Source: Blasia pusilla
Taxonomy: Eukaryota
Direction of reading: 5' to 3'
Assembly: GCA_050084515.1 (NCBI GenBank)
Contig: CM114271.1
Location: forward strand, 40,362,001-40,426,000
Length of the DNA: 64,000 bases
The notes below the pieces were generated by a model that was given only the letters and a program-made list of their open reading frames with translations, was not told where the DNA came from and made no database searches. Positions 1 through 12,200 of the stretch are shown piece after piece; position 1 is the first letter of the stretch, and each line of letters begins with the position of its first letter. The position numbers and the translations under genes are program-made.

Positions 1-1760
1 ATTCAACCGAGTCAAGGAGCTCACAGGAACCAGTTTTAAAGTTGCCGGAGTTCGTCCAACCGTTCGAGGTGCACATTGATCGATGCTAGTAATTCCGCGA
101 TTGCAGGAATGTTGGTGCAAAAAGGGAGACCTGTAGCATACAAGACCAAGAAGCTTAGCTACACCAAAAGGAGATGGCCCACTCATGAGAAAGAGTTGTT
201 TGTGGTGGTTCATTGTTTGAGGAAGTGGCGTCACTATTTGTAATTGGGACTTCACAAGACTCGAGTATTCACCGATAACATTTCGCTCAAGTATTTTGAG
301 ACCCAAGATCGCTTAGCACTGAAGCAACTTTGATGGCATGATACCTTGGCACTGAGGATTGTGGAGCTAATCCACAAGCCGAGGAAATACAATGTCATTC
401 AAGATGCATTAAGTCCCAGGGATGAGCATATGCCATCGACGACACTAGTCTTGAGAGCAATGTTCCCTAAAGAAACAGACCTTGAAAGAAGGATCTGTGA
501 AAAATACATGAAGGATGCGCAAGCGAGTGAGTACCTGAGGAAGTTGAAGCGGGGCGAGAAGGTGGCTAATCTAAGTTTGAGGCATGGTGTGCTAAGGTTT
601 AAGTAGAGCAGGATCTCTGTAGGCCAAGGCAAGCTACAAACCAAAGTGTTTGCAGAATGTCATGACGGACCTTTGGCAAGACACAAAGGGGAGAAATCTA
701 CTCTTGTTGTTTTGGCCAAGAGGTTCTTCTAGCCCAAAATGAAGGAAGATGTTGCTCAATATGTGAAGACCTACGTGACCTGTCAGGCGAATAAAGTTTC
801 TTATGCGAAGAAGCAAGGCTTACTTTGTCCTTTGCCGATCCCGGAGGGACCCTTACAAAGCATTAGCATGGATTTCATTACGAGTCCTCAAGAATCTGAG
901 GGATACAATGCTATACTTTTGATAGTTGATCGGTTTAGCAAGTTAGGGAGGTTTGTGCCGACGAGAGATTCTGCGACGGCCTATACAACTTCCCGACTAT
1001 TCCTGGATAGTTGGTGGCGAGCTCATGGATTGCCTAGGAGCATTGTATCGGATTGAGATCCGAAGTTTACTAGTGCCTTTTGGAAACATCTATTCATGAG
1101 GTTCAAAACCAAACTTAGCTTTAGTATGGCCTTCCATCCTCAAACGGATGGGCAAACGGAAAAATTAAACTTGGTCGTGAACCAATCCTTAAGGAATTAC
1201 GTGAGTTTGAACCAACGAGATTGGGCAAAGTGGCTAAGTATGGGTGAGTATTGTTACAACTCCACCAAGCATCCTGAAGAGAACCGCGCCAAGTGGCCCT
1301 TACGAGGGGCGCTACATTGGTACACACTCGTCAAGCAACAACGGAATTTTTGTTAGTGGAAATACTAGAATGACAAGAGCAAGCGAGAAGAAGTCTTGCC
1401 AAGGCTCAACTAAGGTACATGAAGCATGCTAACAAGAGTCCGCGCCAAGTGAGTTTCCAAGTTGGGGAACAAGTGTGATTGAGTGTAAAGAATCTCACTC
1501 TTTCGAAGGAATTGTCTGCGAAATTATCAGCCAAGTATGTTGGACCGTATGTGATCAAGGAAAAGCCGTTTGAGGATGTGTATACATTGGAGCTCCCAAA
1601 CAAGTTCAAGATTCACCCGACTTTCCATATGTCATTATTGAAGAAGTGTCTTCAAGACAATGTGCGTCTGAAATGAAGGATTGTGTTGAGAACACAACCG
1701 GTCATAAAAAATGAGGAACAAGAGTTTGAGGTGGAGACCATTCTCCGATCTAGAAGCAGA
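1..1760 (+). mobile_element. Degenerate Ty3/gypsy (chromovirus-type) pol fragment: RNase H, integrase and start of chromodomain
   Basis: RNase H motifs (GRPVAY...THEKELFVVVHCLRKWRHYL, ~120-240). Integrase pieces in ORFs 739-1056 (SISMDFIT, IVDRFSK, GLPRSIVSD), 1096-1356 (FHPQTDGQTE) and 1479-1676 (KYVGPY, IHPTFHMSLLK). EQEFEVETILRSR at ~1715-1755 resembles a chromodomain start. Multiple stops and frameshifts. Confidence 0.9.
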
Positions 1761-2453
1761 ACATCAAAACTCTAGTGGACTCAAGCTACGATGATTGCGC
1801 TTTGGAGAGGCTTTTGGAAAGGTTTCTTGGAAAAGTCCAAGAGACGAAACCCGGAACATATATAGTTATGCGTTTCATACGTTGGTCACAACCAAGAAAC
1901 CTAGACCAAACGCGAACCAAGACTTGAGATGAGTCGAGTCTTGGATGGTTGGTTGCCAAAGAGGTGAGAACCAATTTTGGAACACGACTAGCGTTTGGGG
2001 AATTTGACTGTGTTTTGGACCATAATGTTTAGCTCCAAGATGCGTTTGAGACAAGAAAGGGCGCGTTGGAAATTTTATCTTGAGACCCTTCCAATGAATT
2101 ACAAATCTCAGCAAATGCAGAAGTATAAGCTGAGATATGGGCCGAGAACAACTATGAGAGCAATCGGGTTGAGGGCCAATCTGACGGGCCCGACTGTCTT
2201 TCCCTAAATTCAAGGGGAGGGCGGAGATCCCCAAAGGTACTAGTAAGGGGGAGTCTCTCCTAGGAGTCTTGGAACACGAACCCCACTTTGAGCACCAAAT
2301 GGCGTCTCAAGGGCACGAGATGGAACGGGAGTTTGGCGTTGAAACTCGAACTCCAAACGTGATCTAAGGGAGAGGACTTCGTAAGCCATAGTTGGATTCC
2401 AGCCCGCAATTCATGTTTGTGACTCACGGGTAGGGACTCATTGGATGTCCATA
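1756..2453 (+). mobile_element. Partial LTR (3' two-thirds), probably the 3' LTR of the upstream gypsy element with its 5' part deleted
   Basis: Clear reverse-complement similarity to ~2729-3425. Directly abuts the truncated chromodomain codons. Confidence 0.7.
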
Positions 2454-2455
2454 GG

Positions 2456-2723
2456 TGTCGTGCGCCTACTCTCCTTGAACGTTAATCTTGTTGTTGCGGA
2501 AGCGTGTGTTCAGTAGGTCACGCTCTCAACGCTGATATGCATCCAAACAAGTACTCTGGTTAGTCGGGTCTTGGATCAATCAACGGGCTAACTTTATGAG
2601 TTCTCGTCTCGGTCTCTCATCAAGCTCAACCTTCCTTGTTTCGCCGTTTATAACATGGGAAAGTCTCAAAAGACTTGGGACAAACTTTCTGGTTGGTTCA
2701 AGAACCTCAAACGGCGTTCCAAC
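2456..2723 (+). mobile_element. Partial LTR (5' part) of the same family
   Basis: Starts TGTCGTGCGCCTACTCTCC and is the reverse complement of ~3495-3759. Confidence 0.7.
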
Positions 2724-3759
2724 TGTCCGATGGATATCCAATGAGTCCCTAACCGAGACTCGAATGAAGTGAATCTCGGTTGGAATCCAAGTGTGGCGTA
2801 CAAAGTCCACTCCCTTGGATCAGGTTTGGATTTCGAGTTCCAACGCCAAACTCCCCTTCCATCTTGTGCCTCTGAGACGCCGTTTGGTGCTCAAAGTGGG
2901 GATTCGTGTTCCAAGACGTCTTGGAGAAAATCCTCCCTTACTAGTACTTCTGGGGATCTCCGGGGTTCCCTACATTTAGGGAAAGACACTTGGGCTTCTC
3001 CAATTGGCCCTCAATCCGATTGCTCTCACAATCATTTTTGGCCAATATCTCAGTCTGTACTTATGCATTTTCTGAGATCTTTGGTGCGTTGGAAGCGTCT
3101 CAAGATAAGCTTTCTAACACGTCCTTATTTGCCCGAAATGCATCTTGGAGATAAACGTTATGGTCCAAAACACAGTCAAATTCCTCAAACGCTAGTCGTG
3201 TTCCAAAATTGGTTCTCACCTCTTTGGCAACCAACCTTCCAAGACTCAACTCATCTCAAGTCTTGGCTTGCATTTGGTCTAGGTTTCTTGCTCACGACCA
3301 CTAACGCATGAAACGCACAACTCTATTCCGCATTTCGTCTCTTGGAATTTTCCAAAAGGCCTTTCCAAACCCCTCTCCAAAGCGCGAGCATCGCAGCGTG
3401 AGTCCACTTGAGTTTTGATGTTCCGCTTGGCGCCTATTTGGTGTTTTTTGGTTATGAGGGTCACGACAATAGGAACGTTGGAACCGCTAGGCACGAAACG
3501 CCGTTTGAAGTTCCTAACTGACCAGAAAGTATGTCCCAAGTCTTTCGAGACTTGCCTGTGTTATAAACCACGAAACTAGGAAGGTTGAGCTTGATGAGAG
3601 GCCGAGTCGAGAACTCGGCAAGTAAGAACCGCTCATTGATCCACACCCGACTGACGTGAGTGCGTGTTTGGATGCAGACCAATGTTGAGAGCGCGACCTA
3701 CTCAACGCACGCTTCCGCAACAACAAAGATTAACGTTCAAGGAGAGTAGGTGCATGACA
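2724..3759 (-). mobile_element. Full-length solo LTR (~1.04 kb) of the same family, inverted
   Basis: On the minus strand it begins TGTCATGCAC (3759) and ends CATCGGACA (2724), giving TG...CA termini. It contains both partial LTR segments in colinear order. No clean target-site duplication seen. Confidence 0.75.
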
Positions 3760-5458
3760 CTCAAGTTAATGGGAGAAAGTGCCGTAATCTCAACACCTAC
3801 AAACCATGGAAAACACAAAAAGAGAGTACAAGGTTAGCCTTCATTTCCATAGCACATGTTCATTCAAGAGTTACTCATAAAACATATTCGTAGATGCATC
3901 ATTCCGTTCCCTTTTTTCTTACCCTCATCGTATAATGCAATATCATTGTCCTTGCATGTCTTCACCTCTCTTGCCCTTCTTTTTCGCTACAATTGTGTTT
4001 CAAGAAAAGATTGGCAACAAGTGGTGGCTTTGAAGTGAAGATTGGATACCTCCACAGTATGAGCAAACTCTTTGCAATAGGGGCTCAAATATACAAAGTG
4101 ATCATGTTCTACATTGTAATAGAAATATTTCCATTCCACAAAAGAGGAGTATGAAACATGGCTACATGGTGGGACATCAAAAGGAGATGGATGGCCCTTC
4201 ACTAAGGCGGCAAACATGTGGCCAGAGTAGAACAAATTACAATTGCAATGTATGAACATGAACTAAGCTAAGTAAACCACAACCTTACTCCTAGCACCCA
4301 AACTTGTTGGGGGAGAACTAAGTCTTCCCAAAATTGTCACATGCACAACAAACACTCGAATTCATTTTCCCTTCCCATTAAATATGATTTAAGGGAAAAA
4401 GTTGGGAAATTTTTGCTATTCTTAAAAATTAAATTTCTATTTTGTGAAATTCCTATTTGGTCTTATTGTACCCACAAGATCACCTACTATGCAAAAAAAT
4501 AATTTAGTCATAAATTAATGAAAATAATTTTCTCTTCCAATCATTCATTTTTTACATCCATCTAATCTGAATCAAGGGACAAAATTTCAAATATATCATT
4601 CGTTTTCTCTATCATCAAATATGAATGAGGATAAAATTCAAACAAGTTACTATCTATATAATAATTGGCAATCACATATGCACAATACTACAAGATAGTG
4701 GGGGCAAAAAGACAAAATAGGCAACATTCTTGAATTTTTGTTTGAGCCCTATTAGATTAGTAGAAATAGAAAAAAGGAAATGAATAAGGATTTCAATGGA
4801 ATATAGATTAATAAATTAATAATAAATTAATTATTATAATGGGTGATTTTAAGTATGAATAAAATATGATAAATAACCAAAATTTTGGAATTTTTACCTC
4901 AATTCATATTTGATGAAAAAAGGAAATAAAAATTTAATGGAGGAGTAGATTTTGTTTACATTGTATGGAAAAATAAAATTACTTAGTGTATTGGGATATC
5001 ATTCGAATTTGAATGGAGAATTTTAATTACTAAGAAAAGTGAAATGTTATTACTCTTCTAAAATTAAATCATATTTAAAATTTGAAGTAAATAACATGAC
5101 CATTTAAAAAAATAATCGTTTTAATTCACAAGTGATATTTTGGGAAAGGAAAATGAATTTAAATGGAAAAGGAAAATCATTTTGTTAACTAAAACTAGCT
5201 AAAATTTTGGTTAGGGAATGCTATTTTGGTGGGAAGGGGAAGAATAGTTATTGTTTGAGCTTTCAAGGAGGAGTGAAATTATTTAGGGGAGATGGGTGTT
5301 ATTTAAAGGTAAAATTTTCTTACTAAATTAAAAAAATTGAATTTATACTTAAATTTAAAAATTAAACAGAAATTGAAAATTCTTAAGGTTTTATTGACAT
5401 ATTTAATTGTATTTTTTTTTGAAATTATGTGTGGGGCATCATTATCGCCTTCCCTCTC

Positions 5459-5979
5459 AATAGGACCACTCATTTTCTCCCGACGGGGAACAAACACGGG
5501 GACGGAGGAAATTCCTGTGTAGTCCACACGAATGGACTTTATTGAATAATAATAATAGCTTTTTTATAAACAATAATTTAAAAATTGGTATCGTCTAAAA
5601 GAGGACAAAAATTTCTTTCGGACGTCCCTAAAAATTGCCATTCCCAAAAACGGGAGCCGAACGGCCACGACTCCCGGGCGCCTCCCAACTCCGACAGTGA
5701 GTGGCCCTAATAGGGCCACTCTTTTCCTCCCGACGGCGAACAAATATGAGGACGGAGGAAATTTGTGTGTAGTCCACACAAATGGACTTTATTGAATAAT
5801 AATAATAACTTTTTGTTAAACAATAATTAAAAAATTGGTATTGTCCGAAAGAGGACAAAAATTTCTTTCGGCCGTTCCTAGAAACGGGAGCCGTGTGTAG
5901 GAACCCGTTTCTTCAAACGGGCATTGGCCGTTGCCACGACTCCCGAGGGCCTCCCAACTCCAGTGAGTGGCCCTAATAG
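5459..5979. repeat. Two-copy imperfect tandem duplication, unit ~250-270 bp
   Basis: Blocks such as GTGTAGTCCACAC-AATGGACTTTATTGAATAATAATAATA, GAGGACAAAAATTTCTTTCGG and GCCACGACTCCCG...GAGTGGCCCTAATAG each occur twice at that spacing. Confidence 0.85.
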
Positions 5980-7374
5980 TCCCTTCCCTAGGACGGGTTT
6001 TTTTACTATCACACTATTTTATCCATATAGGGTGTCCCATTAATAGTGGTTGCGGGTACTTAACCCGATCGGATTCGTGGGCGATGCCAATTCCATTACC
6101 ATGAGCTCCCTTGCCACCCTTTTCATCGTACCGAACGCAGATGACAATTCTCGAACTTTTAAGTGGTACCTCCGATGTTTCAACAAATTGGGATCATTAA
6201 ATCTGCATATGTAAGTCCACCGCTTTGATGGGTCGTCACACGGTCACAAACATGAAGTCTGTTAAGTCTAGCAATGGGTTGAAAGCTGACAATCTGCTCA
6301 TACACGAATGCTTGCCGCTACAGAAATGGACGGCACTCTCTGCTAGAGAGCGGACGTCTCTCTTCCGCTCTCCGTGGCCTTGAGATTAGGGTCATACTCA
6401 TGCGGGATGAACATCTCTCACATCGTGAACTGGACTCTCTGCCTAACCCCTGACCCGATTCCGAACTCTTAGACATTTCCAGGAGAAACCTGTGAAGATC
6501 CAGACATCAAATGGAGATTCTTACAAAGATGCAGCTACGGCGGTACCGGGAGACATGGCCGACGGTGAGTCCTTCATTGCATTAGACAGCCTCAGTGGCA
6601 GACCATTCGAGCTGGCGATGGTTTACCGAACGAGAGAGAGCGTCGAAGACCTACAAAGATGTACGTGAACCTCTGGAGAACATCCAAACTAGTCCAGAGC
6701 GATACCTCAAGGTTAGATTGAGCTGCGATCACCGATTTCACTCAGATCACCGATTTCACTCAATTCAGAGATTTCCATGGCCGGGCCATGGAAATCTCTA
6801 GATGATGGCTACTCTCTGTCCGACTGAGAAGGTGGAAAGGATGACTGGTGTCAGTACCTACAGCTATTCGTACCATTTCATTCAATTGAGAACGCCAAAT
6901 TGCTGTCACTGCTGTTCATGATCGTCGCACCACTCCAGTAAATTGGACGGCTCACTTGGCTGTCACTCGCGTGGCTGAGCTGCTGTGGATGTGCCGTCAC
7001 TCCTGTCAGAGAATTGTAGTGAATGGCGAGTCCAATATTCCATCATATGAGGATCTCAAATGGATGACCCTCCCGCGACCGAGCTTTTCAGATGGGCTAT
7101 TCCATAATTCCATTCAATTGCGGAGCTCGAATGGCAGTCACTGCTTTCAAGGGCAATTCCACTACCATTTCATATTACTGAGGATCTGAAGAAGCTGTCA
7201 CTTGTTGAAAGACAGCGGCATACAAACAAATCTCTCTCTCTCTCGCTCTCTCTCCGTGACCACTAACTATAGAGAATCTGAAGTGTAAGCGAATGCCAAG
7301 GCACGCTGTACTGTATATGGAAACGCAGTATACAAAGTCGGCTTACAGTATGCGACCAAAGAATGCAGAGCGTG

Positions 7375-8166
7375 CTAAATGAATGGCTTCAAGTAAGTCC
7401 TCGCAAAGTCCTTAATTGAGGGATCAGTGAAGACGTAGTCGGAGACTTGCGCAAGAATCGCGTTGACGGTGAGGAGAACCACAGATGAGCCCAGAATCAT
7501 GGCAACCACTACTCCCGTCGTCCCCAATACCTTAGGCAACGCGGGCCACTCTATCAGCCTCGTCTCCTCCACCACACCTTTCCAAAAATCGCCCGTCGTT
7601 GCAGGGTCTTGGACGCCTGCAGCCACTCTCTCCTTCCTCAGCTCACTTAAAGCCTTTCCTATATCCTCCGCTGACTGGGAATTGGCGCTTGCCGCCTCGT
7701 CCGACTCGGATGGAATTCCAGCAATCTCCGCTGACTCCTGTTCTACACTCACCCCTCTGCTGCTCTCTCCTGAGACACCGTCGCCTCCGCCGCTTTCCCC
7801 CGAACCATTCAAATCTTCCTGTTGTCGCACCGATCGGCTCCCCTCCACCGCCCTCCGCTCCACTGAGCGCACCAAATTCTGCAACATCCGGATGAGACCT
7901 CAGAAAAGGACAGATTCACCCAGCCACGGCACGAGCTAAACCCCCAACCCACCCGAGCACAAATCACAACCGAAGCCATAATGGCCGCTCTCTCTCTCAC
8001 CTCGTAGGACCTCTTTGGTAGTGCTATCTCCTGTTCAAATTTTTGCACAAACTGTAAGCTCAGCCACAATTACATCTCTCTCTCCTGTTCAAATTGTTGC
8101 ACAGAGCAAATCGAAGTCTCATGGCCTTTTTGGGTCCCAGTTGACAATGGATCACTTCATTCGTAT

Positions 8167-8240
<74 letters not shown>

Positions 8241-8518
8241 TCACTCACTCACTACACGTTCTCTCTCTCTCTCTCTCTCTCCCACCCACACAAACTCAAA
8301 CACACCTTGGTCCCGGGCGATCGTCGAACATTGGAGGGTCTACAGATTTTGGCAACGGTGATTTCAATTGTGGGCGGCAGCCTGGGCGCGCAGCAGCCGA
8401 GAGGCACGGAATTCCCCAATCGCAAGCTCTGTCTTCCAGCATGCGAAGGCAGCGCGAGGCGGTTTCCACCGCCTCCCACAGCCGCGAACGTTCCTGCTCC
8501 TCTCGATGCCATAGCCAT
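7375..8518 (-). CDS. SECE1: Chloroplast preprotein translocase subunit SecE1; join(8518..8306, 7878..7375), ~238 aa
   Basis: C-terminal FWKGVVEETRLIEWPALPKVLGTTGVVVAMILGSSVVLLTVNAILAQVSDYVF is the plant SecE1 signature. Exon 1 (MAMASRGAGTFAAV...RRSPGTK) is transit-peptide-like and ends at donor AAG|GTGTGT. Acceptor TGCAG|AAT at 7879/7878 is in phase 0 with the SecE frame. Confidence 0.9.
8167..8281. repeat. Compound microsatellite (CT)n(CA)n(CACT)n(CT)n in the SECE1 intron
   Basis: Directly visible dinucleotide and tetranucleotide runs. Confidence 0.95.
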
Positions 8519-9267
8519 CGCTCCTCCTCCTCTCCCATCGCCCCTCCCTTCCCGTTCCTTACCCGTGTGTGACGGACGGAGGATCACGGAAAAGACGGAC
8601 GGATGTCGCATCCGCATGTCATTCGTCGTCCCGTTCCGTCCACTTCTGTGTATCCCTACGGGATGACGTTGCCTTGTCAAAAGACGTGCTTTAGGGCACG
8701 AAGGAGCAGGACGACAGAAAAGAGAGGGTTTAGGTTAGGGTTCACTCTCGTGAGAGGGTTTTAGTGATGAAAGAAGGGAAGAAGGAAATAACGAATGAGT
8801 CTCGGAATGGATTCTCGAGTCGATGCAAGGGGAGGGCAGGGCTGGAGCTAGGATGCTGCTAGGCGAGTAAGCGGTTCTCGATTCCTGCGAGCTGCGCAAG
8901 AAGCGCGCGAAATTTTGATGGTGTTTCGAGCATGGAGCGCAGTATTTCCTCAGGCGGTTGAACACTCGTGAAACGTAGATGTCGGAAAAGTCGGGTTGGG
9001 TGTAATCGAATTTGATATGGATAAAGACAATTTACAACTTGACAGATGTGTTTTGCACGCGAAGGAGGTGGAATTGATGGTGTCGGATTATTCATAATGC
9101 CCGACCACCAGTTGATAAGGAAAGAATGAAGTCATAGAATTGGCGTAGGAGAAGAGAAGTTAGATGGAAAGTTTAAGAGCCGAAACCCTGGAGCGGAGGA
9201 GGAGAGAGTGAGGAGAAATCACATTCAGTGGGGCAAAGCACCTTTCGCGGAATTGGACTGCAGCGCC
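8519..9267. promoter_or_regulatory. Probable bidirectional promoter and 5' UTRs shared by SECE1 and UTP20
   Basis: Start codons diverge 750 bp apart (8518 minus, 9268 plus). Telo-box-like TTAGGGTT at 8735-8742 is an imperfect match. Confidence 0.5.
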
Positions 9268-12200
9268 ATGGCGCCTCAGCGTGCCCTCAAAGTTTTGAAC
9301 AAGGGGCCTGGCGCTAAACGATTTGTGGTGCGTTGAATAAAATTGTGACTAAATAGCTGGAATGAAGGCCACGGGGTTTAATGTGTGTGGAATAAGTACG
9401 TCATGAGACGATAATTAGAGGTCACGTGCGGTAGTGGAAACTTGGAGCAATGTCGTTCTGCTTATCTTCTGCATCCGTCTCGGGGATTGGTAGTGACCTC
9501 CAAAGACAACGAAATGGAATTGGGGGTCCAGGTGGCCAAAGACTTTAGATCTTCCTCTGATGGCATTTTTATTTGATCTCCGCGCAGTTCAAGACTTTCG
9601 CTCAGCGAGTGGAGGATGTTGACGTCGATGTTTTCCGAAGTCTAACGCCAGTAAAATTTGAACCAACGAGCGGATCATCATTTTTTCACGAGAATCTCGT
9701 TCGATGGAGGGTAAATGCGCAATTTCTCACTACAGTGCGGTCGCAATTTCTGTATGTGGACGTGGGAGTTCCCCGTGGAATGGAAATCGAATTAATGTGT
9801 TGAAATCTGGAGGCTGTCTGGTGCATACACCAGTTCAGCTTTGGGATCATTGTAGTATGATAATGACAGCGGCTAGAGGGTCGTGGAGCTGTGTATTCTT
9901 GTGACTGACCTTGCTGTCCGGTTGCAGGAGCTGAATTGTGCAGCAGATTTCAACCATGTTTACCAAGAAGTACTACCCTTGGTGCAAACGCTGCCTCAGC
10001 TATTACTTCACAAAGATGCGATAATAACATCATTGCTCTCACGCGTACGCATGAGTGCCATGCTTTCACTTGAACCTATACTGAGGTGCGCATCAGACCC
10101 TCGCGTCTCCTTCCCCTCAAACACTTCATCCCCGAAGTTGAGTGACGGCAGTCGATTGCACATAAAGTGGTGCAATCGACTGTAGCCCGAGAATAAAATT
10201 GTAATCGGACTAGCACGGGCGGAGAATTCTTTTGATCTTTGAAGGGGTTAACGATACGTGTAGAGTTTAGGAAAGAAAGAGAAATTATGCACTTTCATGT
10301 GGGAAAGGTCTCACATCTGCAACTGAAAATAAAATACAGTCGCGAAAAAGTGCTCCTTGGAGGGTGGGCGAGGGAACTGCAAGATAACCTCACAATTATG
10401 GTCAGGGGAAGCAATAAGAGGTCACCCTGCAGATCAGTTTTTTTGTAGTTATTCCGTAAATCAAACTTGTGAAGGAATCATTTCGAGTCCAAATTTACTT
10501 CCCTTACTTCTGAAAGTGTGCTCAGCAGTTCATTACTGAGATTTGTGAAAAGCTCCCACAGTCTTTACTGCGCCTAGGGATACTCATAGAGAATCCCATA
10601 GGGTCTGGCTCCTTATGTACTACGATAGCTGGATCTCTAGATGAAGGGAGCCTCAGTTCAAATTCACTGCCTTCAGGATTCATGAGAGGAGTGGAGTAAC
10701 TGCACAGCTAGTCAGTAGTTAATAGAAAAATGTATTAATACCATCCATGTAAAGTAGTCAAGACACGCACAGTAGTTGGATGGTCTACTGGAATGAAGTG
10801 GTTTTTGTTACAACATTGTCCTTGCCCAAAAAGCAAGCAGATGATAAAACAATTTGGCAACTAATGTAGGGGTTACTATATGTGTTTTCCTCCGCAGTTT
10901 ACTAGCCTTGCTCTCCCGGGATCTGCAAGAAGAATTTATTCCGTAAGTTTTCCTTTCCGAGATGCAGTCGCGGAGTAATGTCCATTTGCCTGAGGTTGAA
11001 AATGGCTGAGTAGAAGAAATCCAGGGCTCAGAAGTGCTATTTGATGCCAAATTATCATCTCTTGTGGCTCTGTTGCACAGTAGTGTGTAAATGTGGAAAT
11101 GAAGCTTTCTTGGTAAGTCCTTACTGACATGAATTCTAAGCAATGAATGGGGCTATTGGTGTGGACGGGGGAGCTACTCAGTGTGGATGACAGTACACAT
11201 GTTTCACTAGGGCTGTGTGTTTAAGTTTTGTCAGTCCAAGATTCAACCCCCCCTTTTTGTCTTCTCTCCTCTGTTCACCTTAGAATTCTGAAACTATGGC
11301 CCATACTTCAGGTATTTGTTCAAGTTCTTTGATACATGTGTCAGTCTCCTCAAGACGGGTGGAGACCAAGAACCAGAGTTACTGGAGCAGGTGTGGAAGA
11401 GACTCTCCGTATGCTTTGTCATGATTAGCTTGTTTTGCAGACAGACTAAATTGTAGCAATAGAAGTTTTAGAATTCTTCATGTTAAGAGGTAAACTTCGA
11501 ATCGATGTTTCTAATGGAGCCATTTCCTCCCTCACATGTTAGTTCACAAGAAGTGGATTTTAAAATGTGTAAATTGCAGGTATTTGTATCCATCTCATAT
11601 GTAATCAAGTATCTGATAAAACACTTGACAAGGGATATCCTGCTAGTTCTTAGGTGAGTGACCTTTTTCAAAGACAAAGATGTTTTCTTTTATTTCTGCT
11701 TTTTATGTCACTGTTATTTCAAGCATAGCTGGAGGTTTACAATGAATCGAGGCACAGTATTGAGGTGAGTTATCTTTGTGACTAGGGCCTAACAGTGTAC
11801 TATTTCTCATCTATCATGTGGGTTATGAAGGGTGACAAAGGGTTTGAGGTTCTACCATCGATCATATGTACAAGACTTTGTTGCTGAGTCAGTGTCATTT
11901 TTAGTGCGCAAAGCTCTTCCAAAGCAACTGATTAAAGGTAGTTCTCTGGCTTCATTTTCTTTCAGGGTTCTGTTTGTGCTTCAAAATTTTATTGAAAAAG
12001 CCTTTGAAGAAAGCCCAAAGCTTTTGGATCTATGTTGATTCTTGATTAGAATCACTCTGATAACTTCAATAAGGTTGTCATTAGCTGTGTGCTTGAAACT
12101 TGGAAGCTCTACAGTAGCAGTGGAACCTGTTCAACTTCATGGGCGTCTCCAAGCGATATGCATGGTGATTGAGAGGACCTGCCACGTTTTGGATTTATCT

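Noticed and set aside
3760-5450. 90-aa minus-strand ORF (3987-4259) and adjacent AT-rich tract as a DNA transposon remnant
   Set aside because: No transposase motif, terminal inverted repeats or TSD could be identified.
6727-6762. 18-bp direct duplication GATCACCGATTTCACTCA
   Set aside because: Ordinary slippage duplication with no further structure.
7885-7979. ATG at 7887 or 7979 as the SECE1 start
   Set aside because: 7887 gives no transit peptide and 7979 is out of frame. A spliced model from 8518 has good splice sites and a plausible targeting sequence.
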